From Glaucostegus cemiculus (lineage: Eukaryota), in assembly GCA_976551045.1 (NCBI GenBank), contig CDPCPM010000014.1, positions 38,068,001 through 38,132,000 on the forward strand: a stretch of 64,000 bases of DNA. The letters run 5' to 3'. Of this stretch, positions 25,861-38,103 are shown one piece after another. Made by a program: the position numbers and the translations under genes. The stretch's first letter is position 1. Each line of letters opens with the position of its first letter. The notes under the pieces were generated by a model. That model ran no database searches and was not told where the DNA came from. It saw only the letters and a program-made list of their open reading frames with translations.

Positions 25861-25958
25861 TGTCCTGATGAAGTGTCTCGACCCAAAACGTCAGCTGTTT
25901 ATTTCCCTCCATAGATACTGCCTGACCTGCTGAGTTCCTCCAGCATTTTGTGTGTTGC
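25861..25958 (+). mobile_element. Penelope-like terminal repeat with best-preserved minimal hammerhead motif
   Basis: gtc CTGATGA agtgtctcgaccc aAAA cGTC, then ctgtttatttccctccatagatactgcctgacctgctgagttcctccagcattttgtgtg. Confidence 0.8.
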
Positions 25959-26764
25959 AACTGTTCATAGCTTATCCAGGTGGGTGCTGCGGTCAAATGG
26001 TGGTGTTATTGAATGAGTAATGGCAAAGCAGAGCCTTCCAGCAAATGTCCATAGCTTTTTATTTTTCCCTTGCATCTGTGGTTTTTTGAATTCTAGAATG
26101 AAGAACATGCATTTTGTGCATTTGTTGTTGTGAGGAATTTTGAAAGGAGTAATCATTCATTTACGCATTGTGGAAACTCTATATGCTTGCATATGCCTTT
26201 CTCCTACAGCACTTGCCTAACAATTCCAATTATTGAATTTCATATTGATTGATGGTTAGGCAAGAGTTACCCAGGCAGATCTCAGAAAGGTTATCCATCT
26301 GTCCACTGTGGTACTAATGAATGTTTCACCACCATGTTTAATGTTAGAATGTTCACAGAGAGCTGAATAAATCATGAGGCACAGTGAAGTATGTTAATCA
26401 TCTGCAGCTCCTCTGTCCAAGCATGTTCGTTATTACTAGCGGTGAAGAAAAGCTTAATTTGGAACATCTATATCCTGAGTCTGTGACATCGATGCTCCTT
26501 TTAGGAACACAGGCTTTGAGTTTATGCTGGTGAATTGGCCCACATTTGAGATTCCACTGGAGGAATTTGCATCATGTGGGATTGATGTTACAAGATAATG
26601 TAACATTGCTACTGCTACTTTTCATTGAGAGGGTAGTTCTCATTTGGCAGCCTCTTAGGTATTCCCAAACTACTTATCCCCTTCTCCTAGATTTTCACAG
26701 TTCAGAGCAGACGATTCTAAGTCAGTGTATTTTCCTCAGCAGTGAATTAAGAAATTTGTGGTTT

Positions 26765-29560
26765 AGAATCATGGATTAGTGTAGCACAGAAACGGGTTGT
26801 TTTGCCCATTGCCTTTGTGCTGGCTTTTTGAAAGAGCTGTCTAATTAGACGAAATTCCAGTCATGAATATATTCCCCCTTCAAGTATTTATGCAATTCCC
26901 TTTAGAAGGTCACAATTGAATCTGCTTCCACCTTTTATAAGGTGGCTTTCCAGATCATTGACAGCCGAATGTAAAACAAACCTCTTGTTATTTTGTCAGT
27001 TACATTGCATCGTAGAAGAACCATAGCACTATACAGTGCAGAAGGAAGCCATTTGGCTCACTGTATTTCTGCAGGACAAATTGGAGCTGTATAGGTAATT
27101 ACTACTTCCTAGCTGTTCATTTTGGCTCTTCGGGTGCACATCCAGTTATATATCAGATTTGATGATTGTTTCTGCCTCCACCACCCTTTCATGCAGAGAA
27201 TCCTAAAGCCCACAACTTGGTTTCAGATTTTTTTCCTTCAATTCCCCTGTAGTAATATTACCAATTAACTTAAATCTATGTTTCCTTGTTATTGGCCTCT
27301 CTGCCAAGCGAATTAGGTCCTTCCTGTTCACCTTCTCTTGACCTCTCATAATTTTATTCACCTTAATTAAATCTTCCCTTCTGTGCCCACAGAAAATCAA
27401 TCCAGCTTAGTCAGACTCTGAACAACTATAATTCTCTAGCCCTGAAAAATAACCTCATAATTCTCCTCTGTACTCCGTCCCATGTCGTCACATTCTTCCC
27501 GTTGTGTAATGACCAGAACTGTACACGATTATCCAGCTCAGGCTTAACTCGTGTTTTATGTATTTGTACTATGACCTCCTTATTATTTTCAAAACCTTAG
27601 CCACCGAAAGTAAGTACCTCATGTGCTTTCTTGACTCCCTTATCAACCTGGTCCGGGGCCTTCCAGGGTCTATTGACATGAGTTCTCTTGTTTGCTGCTC
27701 TTCATTTCATACCATTGCACCTTTTAACATGGATTCTTTTGACTTGTTTGCCCTCCCCAAATGCTTTCCCTCGCATTTCTCAGCATTGAGTTCTATTTGA
27801 CGTGATTCTGCCCACTGGCCAATCTATTCATGTTATCCTGCAGCATAGAGCATTCCACTATCAACCACGTGATCAAGTTTAAATTATTAACATAAAAAGC
27901 AAGGGACCTAGTACTGAAACCATGGTATCAATTACTAGAAATATAAAATAAGACAGAAACTTCATCTAACTTGCCATAACATTCAATATGTCTGTTTTGC
28001 CATTTCGATTACTTTTATACTTTGATGAAGTTAATATAAAGTTAATAGCATGTGACTTTGTCAAATGCCTTGCTAAAATCCATGGAGATTGCATCGTACA
28101 TAGGAACATAAGAATGAAGAGCAAGATTGAATCATAATGCCCCTGACCCTGTTCCATCATTCACTGACATTATGACTGATTTAATCTTTGATCCTAATTC
28201 CATCTTCTTTTCTGATCTTCATAATCCTTGATTCCTCCATAGTCCAAAAAATCCTTAAAACTATTGAGTGGTGTTGGGCTATGCCATCAAACCACCTCAG
28301 AATCATTTATATTTCAATGAGGATTCCTTGTATTCTCATCAACACCAAATAATAGACACCCAACCTGCTCAATATTTACTTGTTAAGAAAACCTTCATAC
28401 CAAGAATTAATCCACTTGAACCCTCTCTGCACCGTCTCTAAAGAAAGTATTTCTATCCTTAAATAAAGAAGTCAAAACTGTGCACATTATTTAAGGTGTG
28501 TTCTCACCAAAGATACATGCAGTTAAGCAACACTTCCTTATTCTTGAATTTCGTCTCACTTTCTCTAAGGGCCGATATTCTATTTCACCTTTCAATTACT
28601 TGGTATGCTTTCATGATAACTTTCTGTGTTTCTTAACCAAACTTGCCCTGATCTCCCCAAACAGCAATGTTTAATGGTCTGGGTACGTGGAACGCACTGT
28701 CAGCAGAGGTTGTGGGGGCAGGTATATTAGGGACATTTAAAAGACTCTTAGATAGACAAATGATAGGAAAATAGGGGGCTATGTGGGAGGGAATGGTTAG
28801 ATAGATCTTAGAGCAGGATAAAATGTCGGCACAACATTGTAGGCTAAAGGGCCTGTACTGCGCTGTAGTGTTCTATGTTCTGTGTGTTCTGTGTCTTAGA
28901 TGAGTTAAATAGTACTCTTCTTTGATATTTTTCCTACTTAAGTGATTTTCCCCTCATTATATCATATCTTCCATCATCTTACTTACTTGACCTTTCTGAA
29001 TCCATTTGCACAGAGTTGGTGTCCTCATACTTTACGTTCCTGACTATGTTTGTACCATCAGCAAACTTGGACACATCAGACTTAGTCTCTTCATCTCACT
29101 CATTAAAATGGATCATTTATAGCTGAGGCCCTGACACTGATCCCTGAGGCATCCTACTAGTTTCATCTTGAAAATAATCCATTTATCCTTACTCCTGTTT
29201 TATTTCTGTTAGCCAGTCCTCAGTCGACAGCAATATGTTATCCTAGAGCCCAGCAACTGAGCAGTAACCTTTTATGTGGCGTCTTATTGAATGTCCTTTT
29301 GAAATCCAAACTATAACTTCTGGCTATCTGTTATCTATTCTGCTAGGCACATCCTCATTGTTTTAATACATTTGTCAAATGTAATCTCCCTCTCATATAA
29401 CCATATTGACTCTGCCTAATCTTATCAAGCTCTCCTCTGTATTCTGTTACTAGTTGTTTAATTATGGGTTTCCAGTGGCACCCTCATCAACTCTCATTTT
29501 TACTTCCTCAAAATATCCAATCAAATTTTTCTGACATAATTTTCTCTTAAGAAATTCAAG
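26765..29560 (-). mobile_element. Cluster of stacked minus-strand CR1 fragments
   Basis: CR1 termini at about 26765, 27030 and 28100, each followed by antisense ORF2-like sequence. Confidence 0.8.
28682..28892 (+). mobile_element. Younger CR1 3' end nested in an older CR1
   Basis: Ends gggcctgtactgcgctgtagtgttctatgttctgtgtgttctgtg (8-nt tail repeats); opposite orientation to the host element. Confidence 0.88.
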
Positions 29561-29849
29561 TGGTTTGATTTTGCATTTTTTTTGAAGGGCCCAACAAAGG
29601 GCATCTTCAGGGCAGTGTGGTCGAAGTTGTCATTTAACGCTGCAGAATGAGTGTTGCATGAACAATGGTGACAACCCGTGTGTTCCAATGCAGAAATTGC
29701 ATGAGGAGATGCCTGATCTAATTTCCAGGGTGATAGGAAACCACCTGAAAAGTCTTATTATGTTTCACTCCATTAAAAATGCAATTGTAAGTTGCATAAA
29801 GATGAAAAAACACATTTGCAATTCAATTTCTAAGCCCTGTTCTTTTACT

Positions 29850-30005
29850 TATTCACTGAAAGCCAATGTGCAGGTGCAGCAAGTGATTAGGAAGGCAAAT
29901 GGTATGTTGGCTTTTATTGTGAGAGGGCTTGAGAATAGAAATAAGGATGTCTTACAGCAATTATACAGCTGTCGTGAGACTGCACCTGGGCTATTTTGTA
30001 CCTTG
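29850..30005 (+). mobile_element. CR1 ORF2 fragment
   Basis: SLKANVQVQQVIRKANGMLAFIVRGLENRNKDVLQQLY within ORF 29658-30263. Confidence 0.9.
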
Positions 30006-30011
30006 GATTTT

Positions 30012-32553
30012 GTACAGCACAGCAATAGGTCCTTCAGTCCACCATTTCCATGCCAACCATTTTGCCCACCTACACTAATCCCATTTTCCTGCATTAGATC
30101 TGTATCCTATACCTTACTTGTGTGTCTGCCTAAATGTCTCCTAAATAAAATTATTGTATCTGATCCCACCTCCTCCTCTGGCCGCGAGTTCCTGATATCT
30201 ACCACTCAAATTCCTTTTAAAACTCCTTTCTCTTACATTAAACCTATGCCACCTTGTTTTTGATGGCCCTAACATGAGAAAAAACGTTCTGGCTATCTAT
30301 GCTGTCTATGTCTCATAACTTTATACAAAGCTCTTCGAGTTAGCAATGACCTGACCTATGGAAATCTGACTGTACGCAAATTCTACCATACATTTTTAAA
30401 GCATTTTTGAAGCTAGTAATAAGAATAATCAAATGTCTCATGGTATTCATTAATGACTGGATATAGTATATATTCTGTTAATTTAATTATGGGTAGTGTT
30501 AGGATGATCATCAATGAAATGAAAGGATTATAGCAAGTGCATGCAGAGTGACATGATATGGGTAGCTATAGAAAAAGGCTATTTCTGATTTATGGAGAAA
30601 TTGGTTTATGGACATTTCTCAGGAATGGAAACCTTAGTAACCTGGGGCCTGCCTGTATATCTCTATCAGGTCACCCCTCAGCCTTCTTAACTCCAAAGAA
30701 AACAAGCCCAGGCTATCCAATCCCTGCCCATATTTAAAGTCCTCCTATCCAGGTAATATCCTGGAGTATCTCCTCTGTACTCTCTCCGGTACAACCATAT
30801 TGTTCCTGCAGTGTGGCACATCCTACTCCAAGTGCAATCTAAACTGGTGTTTTGTAAAGTTCCAACATAACATCCCAACTTTTATATTCTTTTCCCCGAC
30901 CTATGAAGGCTAGCATGTTGTATATCTTCTTCATTGCCCTATCGACCTTTGTTACCACCTTCATGGAATTATGGATTGAACCCTCTGTTCATCAATGTTC
31001 CTTAGCACCCTACCATTTACTGTACATGTCCTACCCCTATTTGACTTGCCAAAAAACATCACCTCGCACTTGTCAGCATTAAATTTCATCTGCCAACACT
31101 CCACCCAACTTTCCATATCATCTCTAGCTCGCTATAGCCACGGACAACCTTCTTTGCCCTCACAACACCATCAGTTTTTTTGTGTTTTCCATAAACTTGA
31201 TAATCATTCCTCCTACATTCACATCCAATTTGTTAGTGTGCATCACAAACAACAAGGGCCCCAGCACCGATCCCAGTAGTACACAATTGGTCACAGAATT
31301 CTAATCAGGAAAGCATCCTTCCATGACCATCCTCTGCCTCCTATCACATTTTGGATCCAATTAGCCAGTTCACCTTGACTACCATATGCCTTAACCTTCT
31401 GAATAGCCTACCACGTGGGACTTTGTCAAATAACTTACTAAGGTCCATGCAGACAACATCTACTACCCTACCTTTGTCAGTATTCTTAGATGCCTCAAAA
31501 GCCTCAATCAAATTAGTGAGACAGGATTTCTCCTGCACAAAACCATGCTGACTATTCCTGATCCACCCCTGCCTTTCCAAATATACTTATATACTTTAAT
31601 CCTATCCCTGAGAATTTTCTCTAATAATGTTCCTACCACTGACTTAAGGCTCAGTGGCCTCTAGTTATCTGGCTTATCCCTGCTACTCTTCGTAAGTAAA
31701 GGAACAACTTTAGGTATTCTCCAGTTTTCTGCCACCTCACCTATGGCTAACAAAGATGAAAGTATTTCTGTCAAGGGCCCAGCTATTTCCTCCCATGCTT
31801 CCCATATCTGAGATAGATCTCTTCTGGCCCTGGGGATTTTTTAACCTTTCACATTGCAGGACATGTAGGAGTTCCCCCTTCTTAATACAGACACATGTCA
31901 GACTATCAGCATACCCATCCCTGAACTCTCTACCTTTCATATCCTTCTCCTTGGTGAATACTGATGAAAAGTATTCATTCAGGACCTCACCTGCATCCCC
32001 CAAATCCATACAGAGATTACACCTTTGGTCCCTAAGGGACCCACTCTTTCCCTGTCACATTTCCCTATCACTATCTTCTTGCTCCTGATATACTTATAGA
32101 ATATCTTGAGGTCCTTCCTAACCTTATTTGACAAAAATATTTCATGGCCCCCTTTTGCCCTTATTTCTTTCTTAAGTTTCCTCCAACACCCTCTATATTT
32201 CTCAAGAGTCCCACTCCTTTCCACTTGCCTATATCTGCCAAATGCTTCCCTTTTTCCCTTTCAAACCATCAATATCCTTTGTCACCCAAGGTTACCTATC
32301 TTTGCCTTTCACCCTTCCTAGAATGTGCTGACCCTGAGCTCCAGCTAACTCTTTTCAAAGATTCCCACTTGTCAAATGTCATTTTACCTATAAGTGTTTG
32401 GTCCCAATTTATTTTCATGAGATCCTTACTTATGCTATTGAAATCAGCCGTCTCCCGATTTAGGACTTTAACATGAGAAATAATCTTATTCCTTTTCATG
32501 GCTACCTTACAACTGACAGAATTATGGTCACAGTTCCCAAAGTGTTTCCCCAG
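30012..32553 (-). mobile_element. CR1 LINE, about 2.2 kb of broken ORF2, interrupted by a MITE
   Basis: SQHGFVQEKSCLTNLIE...VDVVCMDLSKLFDKVPRGRL (ORF 31344), GEVLNEYFSSVFTKE (ORF 31737), GEHFG-like GKHFGNCDHNSV (ORF 32296); 3' terminus at 30012. Confidence 0.95.
30326..30655. mobile_element. Tc1/mariner Tigger-like MITE
   Basis: Flanked by TA (30324-30325, 30656-30657); right TIR reads CAGGCAGGCCCCAGGTTAC on the minus strand; left TIR degenerate; CR1 sequence rejoins when it is removed. Confidence 0.75.
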
Positions 32554-32561
32554 TTTCAAGA

Positions 32562-33630
32562 CTTATATAAAAAGGAAATGACTAGCAAAAGTTAATGTGG
32601 GACTGAGACAGGAGAAATTATATTGGGAAGTAAAGAAATGGCAAAGAAATTCAACAATTGTGTTGTGTTTATTTTCATGGAGTACACAGAAAACCTTCTG
32701 GAAAAAGTGGAGGACAGTAGGTTTAGATTAAATTAAGAAAATTTAGCATTACTCAAACCAAAATAGTATTGGAGAAATTAATAGAATAAATCCTCAGGAC
32801 CTGATGACCTGTATCCTCGGTTATTGCAGTAGATGGTTATGGAGAAAGTGGATGAATTAGTTGTCACATTCCAAAATTCCATGGCTTCTAAAATGATTCC
32901 TACAGATTGGAAGTTCATGAATGCAACCCCACTGTTTAAGGGAGGGAGAAAACAGAGAACTAAAATCCAGTTACTCTTAACTCACTGGTAGGAATATTGC
33001 TGAAATGTGTTATTGAGGAAGGAATTGGTAATAGGTTAGGGCAGAATCACCATGGACTTATGAAAGAGGAATTATGTTTGACGAATGTGCAGGAATTTTT
33101 TGAGGTTGTAGCAAACAGAATAGAAACCGATGAACCAGTGGTGTATGATCACATGTATTGTCTGTAAGGCATTATTAAACAAAATTGGAGTGCATTAAGG
33201 GTAAAATATTGATGTAGGTTGTAAATTGTTTCACAGACAGAAACCAGAGAACAGGAATAAATGGATAATTTTTAGGTGGCAAGGCTGTGATGTGTGGGGA
33301 CTCAGCTATTCACAGATGGTATTGTGGACTTGCATGAGGGAATCATCTATGTTTGCTGATATTAATAAGCTGTGTGGCAGTGCGTGCTCTGGTGAGAATG
33401 CAACAAGACTTCAAGGAGGTATAGATATGTTGTATGAATGTGCAAGTACATGGTGGAATATTATGAGGAAAATTGTGAGATCATCCACTTTAGTAGAAGC
33501 AATAGAAAGACAGTGTACCTTTTAAAAGATGAGTGATTGAAAGGTATTGATGTTCAGAGAGACCTGGGTCTGCTGGTACATGAATCACCAGAAGTTAACA
33601 TGCAGGTTAGCAACCAGTTAGGAAGGCAGT
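32562..33630 (+). mobile_element. Older CR1 ORF2 fragment
   Basis: KSSGPDDLYPR-, DWK..NATPLFK-, HGLMK...CLTN- and MFAD..KL-like blocks in ORF2 order. Confidence 0.88.
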
Positions 33631-34066
33631 CAATTTTTTGTAACTAATGCTTCATTGTCAGTTCTGATTATTCTTTTTGAACCACATATTATCATCTAAT
33701 GCAGCACCTACAGCTTTAATCACTTACAATGATGCACTTGTTAGGGTTAGATATTTATTCCATGTGCACTTTGCATTAATTCTGTTTTTCCTGCTTTTGT
33801 AAATGTACCTTAGAAATTTATGTCTGAACTTATGTGAATGTTGTTAAACAAGAGTTCTGTAGCATTGTAGTCTTCTGAAATTGGGTGCAATCACTGTTCT
33901 TCAATTAGCTCCACTTGAATTCACCTCCAATGAGCATTACAAATATCATTATTTAGTGCTTGTAAGCCTTGCATTGTCAAAAGAGTGAAAAAAAAAGATC
34001 CATATTTTGCTTTTTCAGTATTCTTTTTGATAAGAGCATAATGTTGTTCTTTATTTACATGAGTTT

Positions 34067-34165
34067 ATTGTTTCACAGACAGAAACCAGAGAACAGGAAT
34101 AAATGGATCATTTTTAGGCGGCAAGGCTGTGATGCATGGGGACTCAGCTATTCACAGACGATATT
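34067..34165 (+). repeat. Dispersed 99-bp copy of 33225-33323
   Basis: Direct ungapped match with 6 mismatches at an offset of 842 bp. Confidence 0.95.
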
Positions 34166-34274
34166 ATTTATTGCCTTTCCACTTTTCTTAGACATTGTAG
34201 ATCATATTATTAAACTTTAAATCACTATGAATGACATTATATTCATTATTAATTCTAACCAGTGTTGTTATATT

Positions 34275-34497
34275 GATGAAAGCTGGACTCCCGACCTCAC
34301 AAGCTGCTTCGTTATGACCTTGCACTTTACTGTCTACCTGCACACTGTAACTGAACACTTTATTCTGCATCCTGTTGTTGTCTTACCTTGTGCTTCCTCG
34401 ATGCATTGTGTAATGAATTGATCTGTATGAACAGTGTGCAAGGCATGCTTTTCACTGTACCTCGGTACATGTGGCATTAATAAACCAAATTACCAGT
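34275..34497 (+). mobile_element. Rex1/Babar 3' UTR
   Basis: Matches 46400-46630; ends ttttcactgtacctcggtacatgtggcattaataaacc. Confidence 0.85.
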
Positions 34498-37400
34498 ATA
34501 CTAATTTTGAAAAAAAGTAAACCTTGTAGGGAATAAAGGATACATTTTATATTTGTTATTTGGTGAAAAAATAATACTGATTATTTATTGAGCTTTTGGC
34601 ATTCCAATAGTTTTTGGAATAGAACATATCACGTTTTGAGTTGCCACTTTGTCACTAAAGTGTTGTGGACTCATCTCAAAGACTCAGGACCTGCGATTGT
34701 TAATCCAGTGGTCACATTAAATTTACAGATTTGCCACAATGACTTGCGCTAATGGAACGAATGGAAACCAGTACAGTTCTGTGCTAACCAACCATGTTGC
34801 TTTCTTCTGTTTTCACAACTTTAAAATTGACTAATGTTCACACAGAGTTTTAAATAAAATTATTCTTTTATTTGCAGATCAAGGCCAAGAATCCTTGGAT
34901 AATGTCAGGGAGGTGATTGTTGTGGGTGGGTGGAGGCTGACACTGCTCTTATTCCCTAGATGATTTGGGAGCTTGAACCTTACACATTTGCACAACCCAG
35001 TAATCTATAACCAAAGAAAATTCAGAAAACTAATGACTTAAATACAAAATATATATGCCATAGAAACCAGAGAAATTGGCTTGATTCAGTGACTTCATGT
35101 TACCTTGGAGACAGTAGGACACCCTGCTGGAAAAGTCAATGAACACCTATTATGAAAGAAATCGTTCAACTTCCCTTTGTGTGACTTCTTTAATGTAGAA
35201 AAATCAACGTAAAATGACTTTTGCAGGTACAATTAAGGAATAGATTCTGAGCCAAAGGAGGTTGACAAAAGCAAGTCAGAGAGATGGGTTTTAATGAGGA
35301 GCAAGAGTTGAAGGAGACTTTTCAAAAACTGTAATCGATGTAATTGAGGTGTCATATTTGATTTCTGCTTCATTAAGAGTGTGAGCTACGTTAGCATCTA
35401 CCTTTCTGACCTCCCTTTGTATTCTTTCCATATACATTTTACTTTTAAATAAAATGAAACAGAATTAATACATAGTTTTCATTTCCTGCATTTTAAGACA
35501 TAGCAAACAAGTGTATGGTTTCCTAATCTGTGCCAACAGTAGCAAGTTATTCTTTTTGTCTTATATTCGTTGTTATAGTCCTAACCTAATACTTATGTAA
35601 ACTTTGTCCATGTTATTGAAGTGGAAGTAAAATAAATAATAATTTATGCAATTTTGTAGATTGGTGTCAACTTGTTCTTCAGCTGAATCTGTATTCACCA
35701 ATTGGTCATTTAGATATCTTGTGACTCAGAACACTTGAATATTTATCTCAGCAGTAAATAAATATTTTTTGTCATTAGCATTGTAACAGTAGCAGTTGTA
35801 AGGTCTTCATTTTTTTTTAGGATTCTGATTATTGGCTTGGGAATTTAGCTGGTCTGTTGCTGCTAATTTAAATAACAAAACTTTTGCATTTAGAGTATGG
35901 GCTCTCTAACATGAATGCACAATATTAAATGGCAAATCAATCTGCATTTTTACTTATTTCCCAAGGCCAAAGTGCAGAGCTAATTTTGTGCTTTTGCTGC
36001 AGACTGCCACTTATATTTAGCTGGCCATTTAATTCAAATCACAGGATGTTAATTCTCACAATAATTGTACAGTAATTTATATTTCATTTATGTTCCAAAT
36101 GTTCATGTATTTGATACAACTGGTATTGAAGGGTGGATTTCATTTGGTTTCTTTAAAACAATTTTTGTGAAATGTTTACTTGCATCATCAGCATTTTCTG
36201 ATGATACACCTCTCTCAAATGATACTGCCTCAGCTCATTGACTACCAAAACCCTTATCCATGTCTTTGTTACCTGCAAATACAACTGCTTTCCTCCTTCT
36301 CCACACCACCTAACACAACTGAGAGCAGAAAACATGTGATCAGAGTCTCACCTAAGTAACTAACCCTCACATATGCACTGACACTTAGAAACCTGGCTGA
36401 GAACATTAGTGGCTGAATAATTGCAATATCTGGACAAGAAAACAACCACCTTGACACATGATTCTCAGAAAACCTATTCATTTATTAAAACATTTGGAAA
36501 CAGGTTACTAGATGGTGCTCAGTGCTGCAACCCTGTAAGGGTAGCTAAGCTTAAAACATTATGGATATTGATAGATTTATTGATGATAAAGTTGAAAAAT
36601 TGAAGACTAGTTGTTGGATCAGAGTGCCATTATACAGCTTAGTTTTATTGGGCTCAAAGCTTAAAGGTAATTTGATGTTGGAAAGGGATTTTTGTTTCAG
36701 TTCACGATTAAATAAATTAACAAGTCTATTGAATTGAAAGTCATCGTTGTTGTACTCCCAGTAGTAAAAATAAACAATGAAACTGTGTAATTATAATTAG
36801 TCTTCTCAGAAGTAGATTAAAAAAAACTCCTCCAGTGACTTGATGTTGTCTATAATTTCAACATGCTACATAAAAGAAAAATGTAATTCAGAAGCACATC
36901 TTTGTTCTGAATACATTTTATTATTGGGACTAAACTCATGTTCGTAGTCAGATAGCATTGAACGTAATTAACAAAACTGAAAATATTATGCAAGAAAATG
37001 CTGTTGTGTCCTGCATTTTTGCATAAAAAATGAAGGTGCATGACTTATTAATATCTCCAAGGGTGGCTTAAACTCAAGGCTCTCACTTTTATGGTTAGTG
37101 TCCAGTAATTCAAATGTTTTATTGATTTCTGTTGGAAAAACTTTTTCATCAACCCATTGTGAGCTGAAGGTGAATGATGCTAGGATAAAGACGTGCCAAG
37201 TGGTGGACCTGAATGAGCTGTCCTTTCTTCACACGTGAACCTATCTGATTAATCATCATAACTCTATAACTCTTTCTGGTTTTGTTATCTAATAGTTACA
37301 AGTGCCTTTCCAGCAATCTTCAATGCTTGGTGTAAGGAGGGGGGATCCCTGCAAAACAACTCATCCCTTTGCCTGGAAGTACTGAGTTTAATGATTGCAT

Positions 37401-37790
37401 CCCAGAGTCACTCTAGCTGAGGTTGGTGGTGAGGGGTGGCAGAGGACAAGTAATTTATTTTTTGGGAGATTTGACCAAAGCAAGGCCAACGTTCCTAATT
37501 GTTCTTGAGAAAGTATTTGAGGGCTACCAACTTGAACTGCTTTCTTTCCAACTTGCCTTCTTTCTGATGACACTTTTGTTGGGTATGATGTTCTAGGATG
37601 TAGACCCAATGATGAAGAAACACTGATGTATTTTCTGGTGTTTTTTGATACTTGAGAAGAACCTGCATATTCCCATGTACACATTGCCCCTGCTCTTGTC
37701 TTCTTAGTGAGTAACTGATAGAATAGATAAGGGAGGTGTGGTATATTTGCATTTTCAGAAGGTTATTGTGCCAAATTACTGCACATGGAA

Positions 37791-37858
37791 TAAAAACAGA
37801 AATGCTGGAAATACTCCGCAGCTTAGACCTGAGATGTTAGCTCTGTTTCTCTTCCCAC
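37791..37858. mobile_element. Collapsed inverted Penelope-like termini
   Basis: Minus head aaaaacagaaatgctggaaatactc joined to plus fragment gacctgagatgttagctctgtttctcttcccac. Confidence 0.55.
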
Positions 37859-37861
37859 CTC

Positions 37862-38103
37862 GTTTTGCGGCAGCAGTACAGTGCAAGACATAAAATTACA
37901 ATGTTATCAAAAAATGAATAAATAAAATTGTGCAAAAGGGGAATAACGAGGTAGAGTTCATGAACTGTTCAGAAATCTGGTGGCGGAAGGGAAGAACCTG
38001 TTCCTGAAACATTGAGTGTGGGTCTTCAGGCTTTTCCTTGTACTGCTGCTGCAAAACAACAAATTTCACGACATATGTCAGTGATAATCAACCTGATTCT
38101 GAT
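37862..38103. mobile_element. Rex1/Babar 3' end with inverted 5' segment
   Basis: 37862-38035 is antisense (matches 61295-61460); 38039-38103 is the sense tail ending ctgattctgat (matches 45900-45968). Confidence 0.85.

Noticed and set aside
29658-30263. Longest ORF (201 aa)
   Set aside because: Chance read-through of unique DNA, a sense CR1 fragment and an antisense CR1 tail; not a coherent protein.
34878-34912. Possible 35-nt exon after ttcttttatttgcag
   Set aside because: Weak donor (GAG|GTGATT) and no recognisable peptide.
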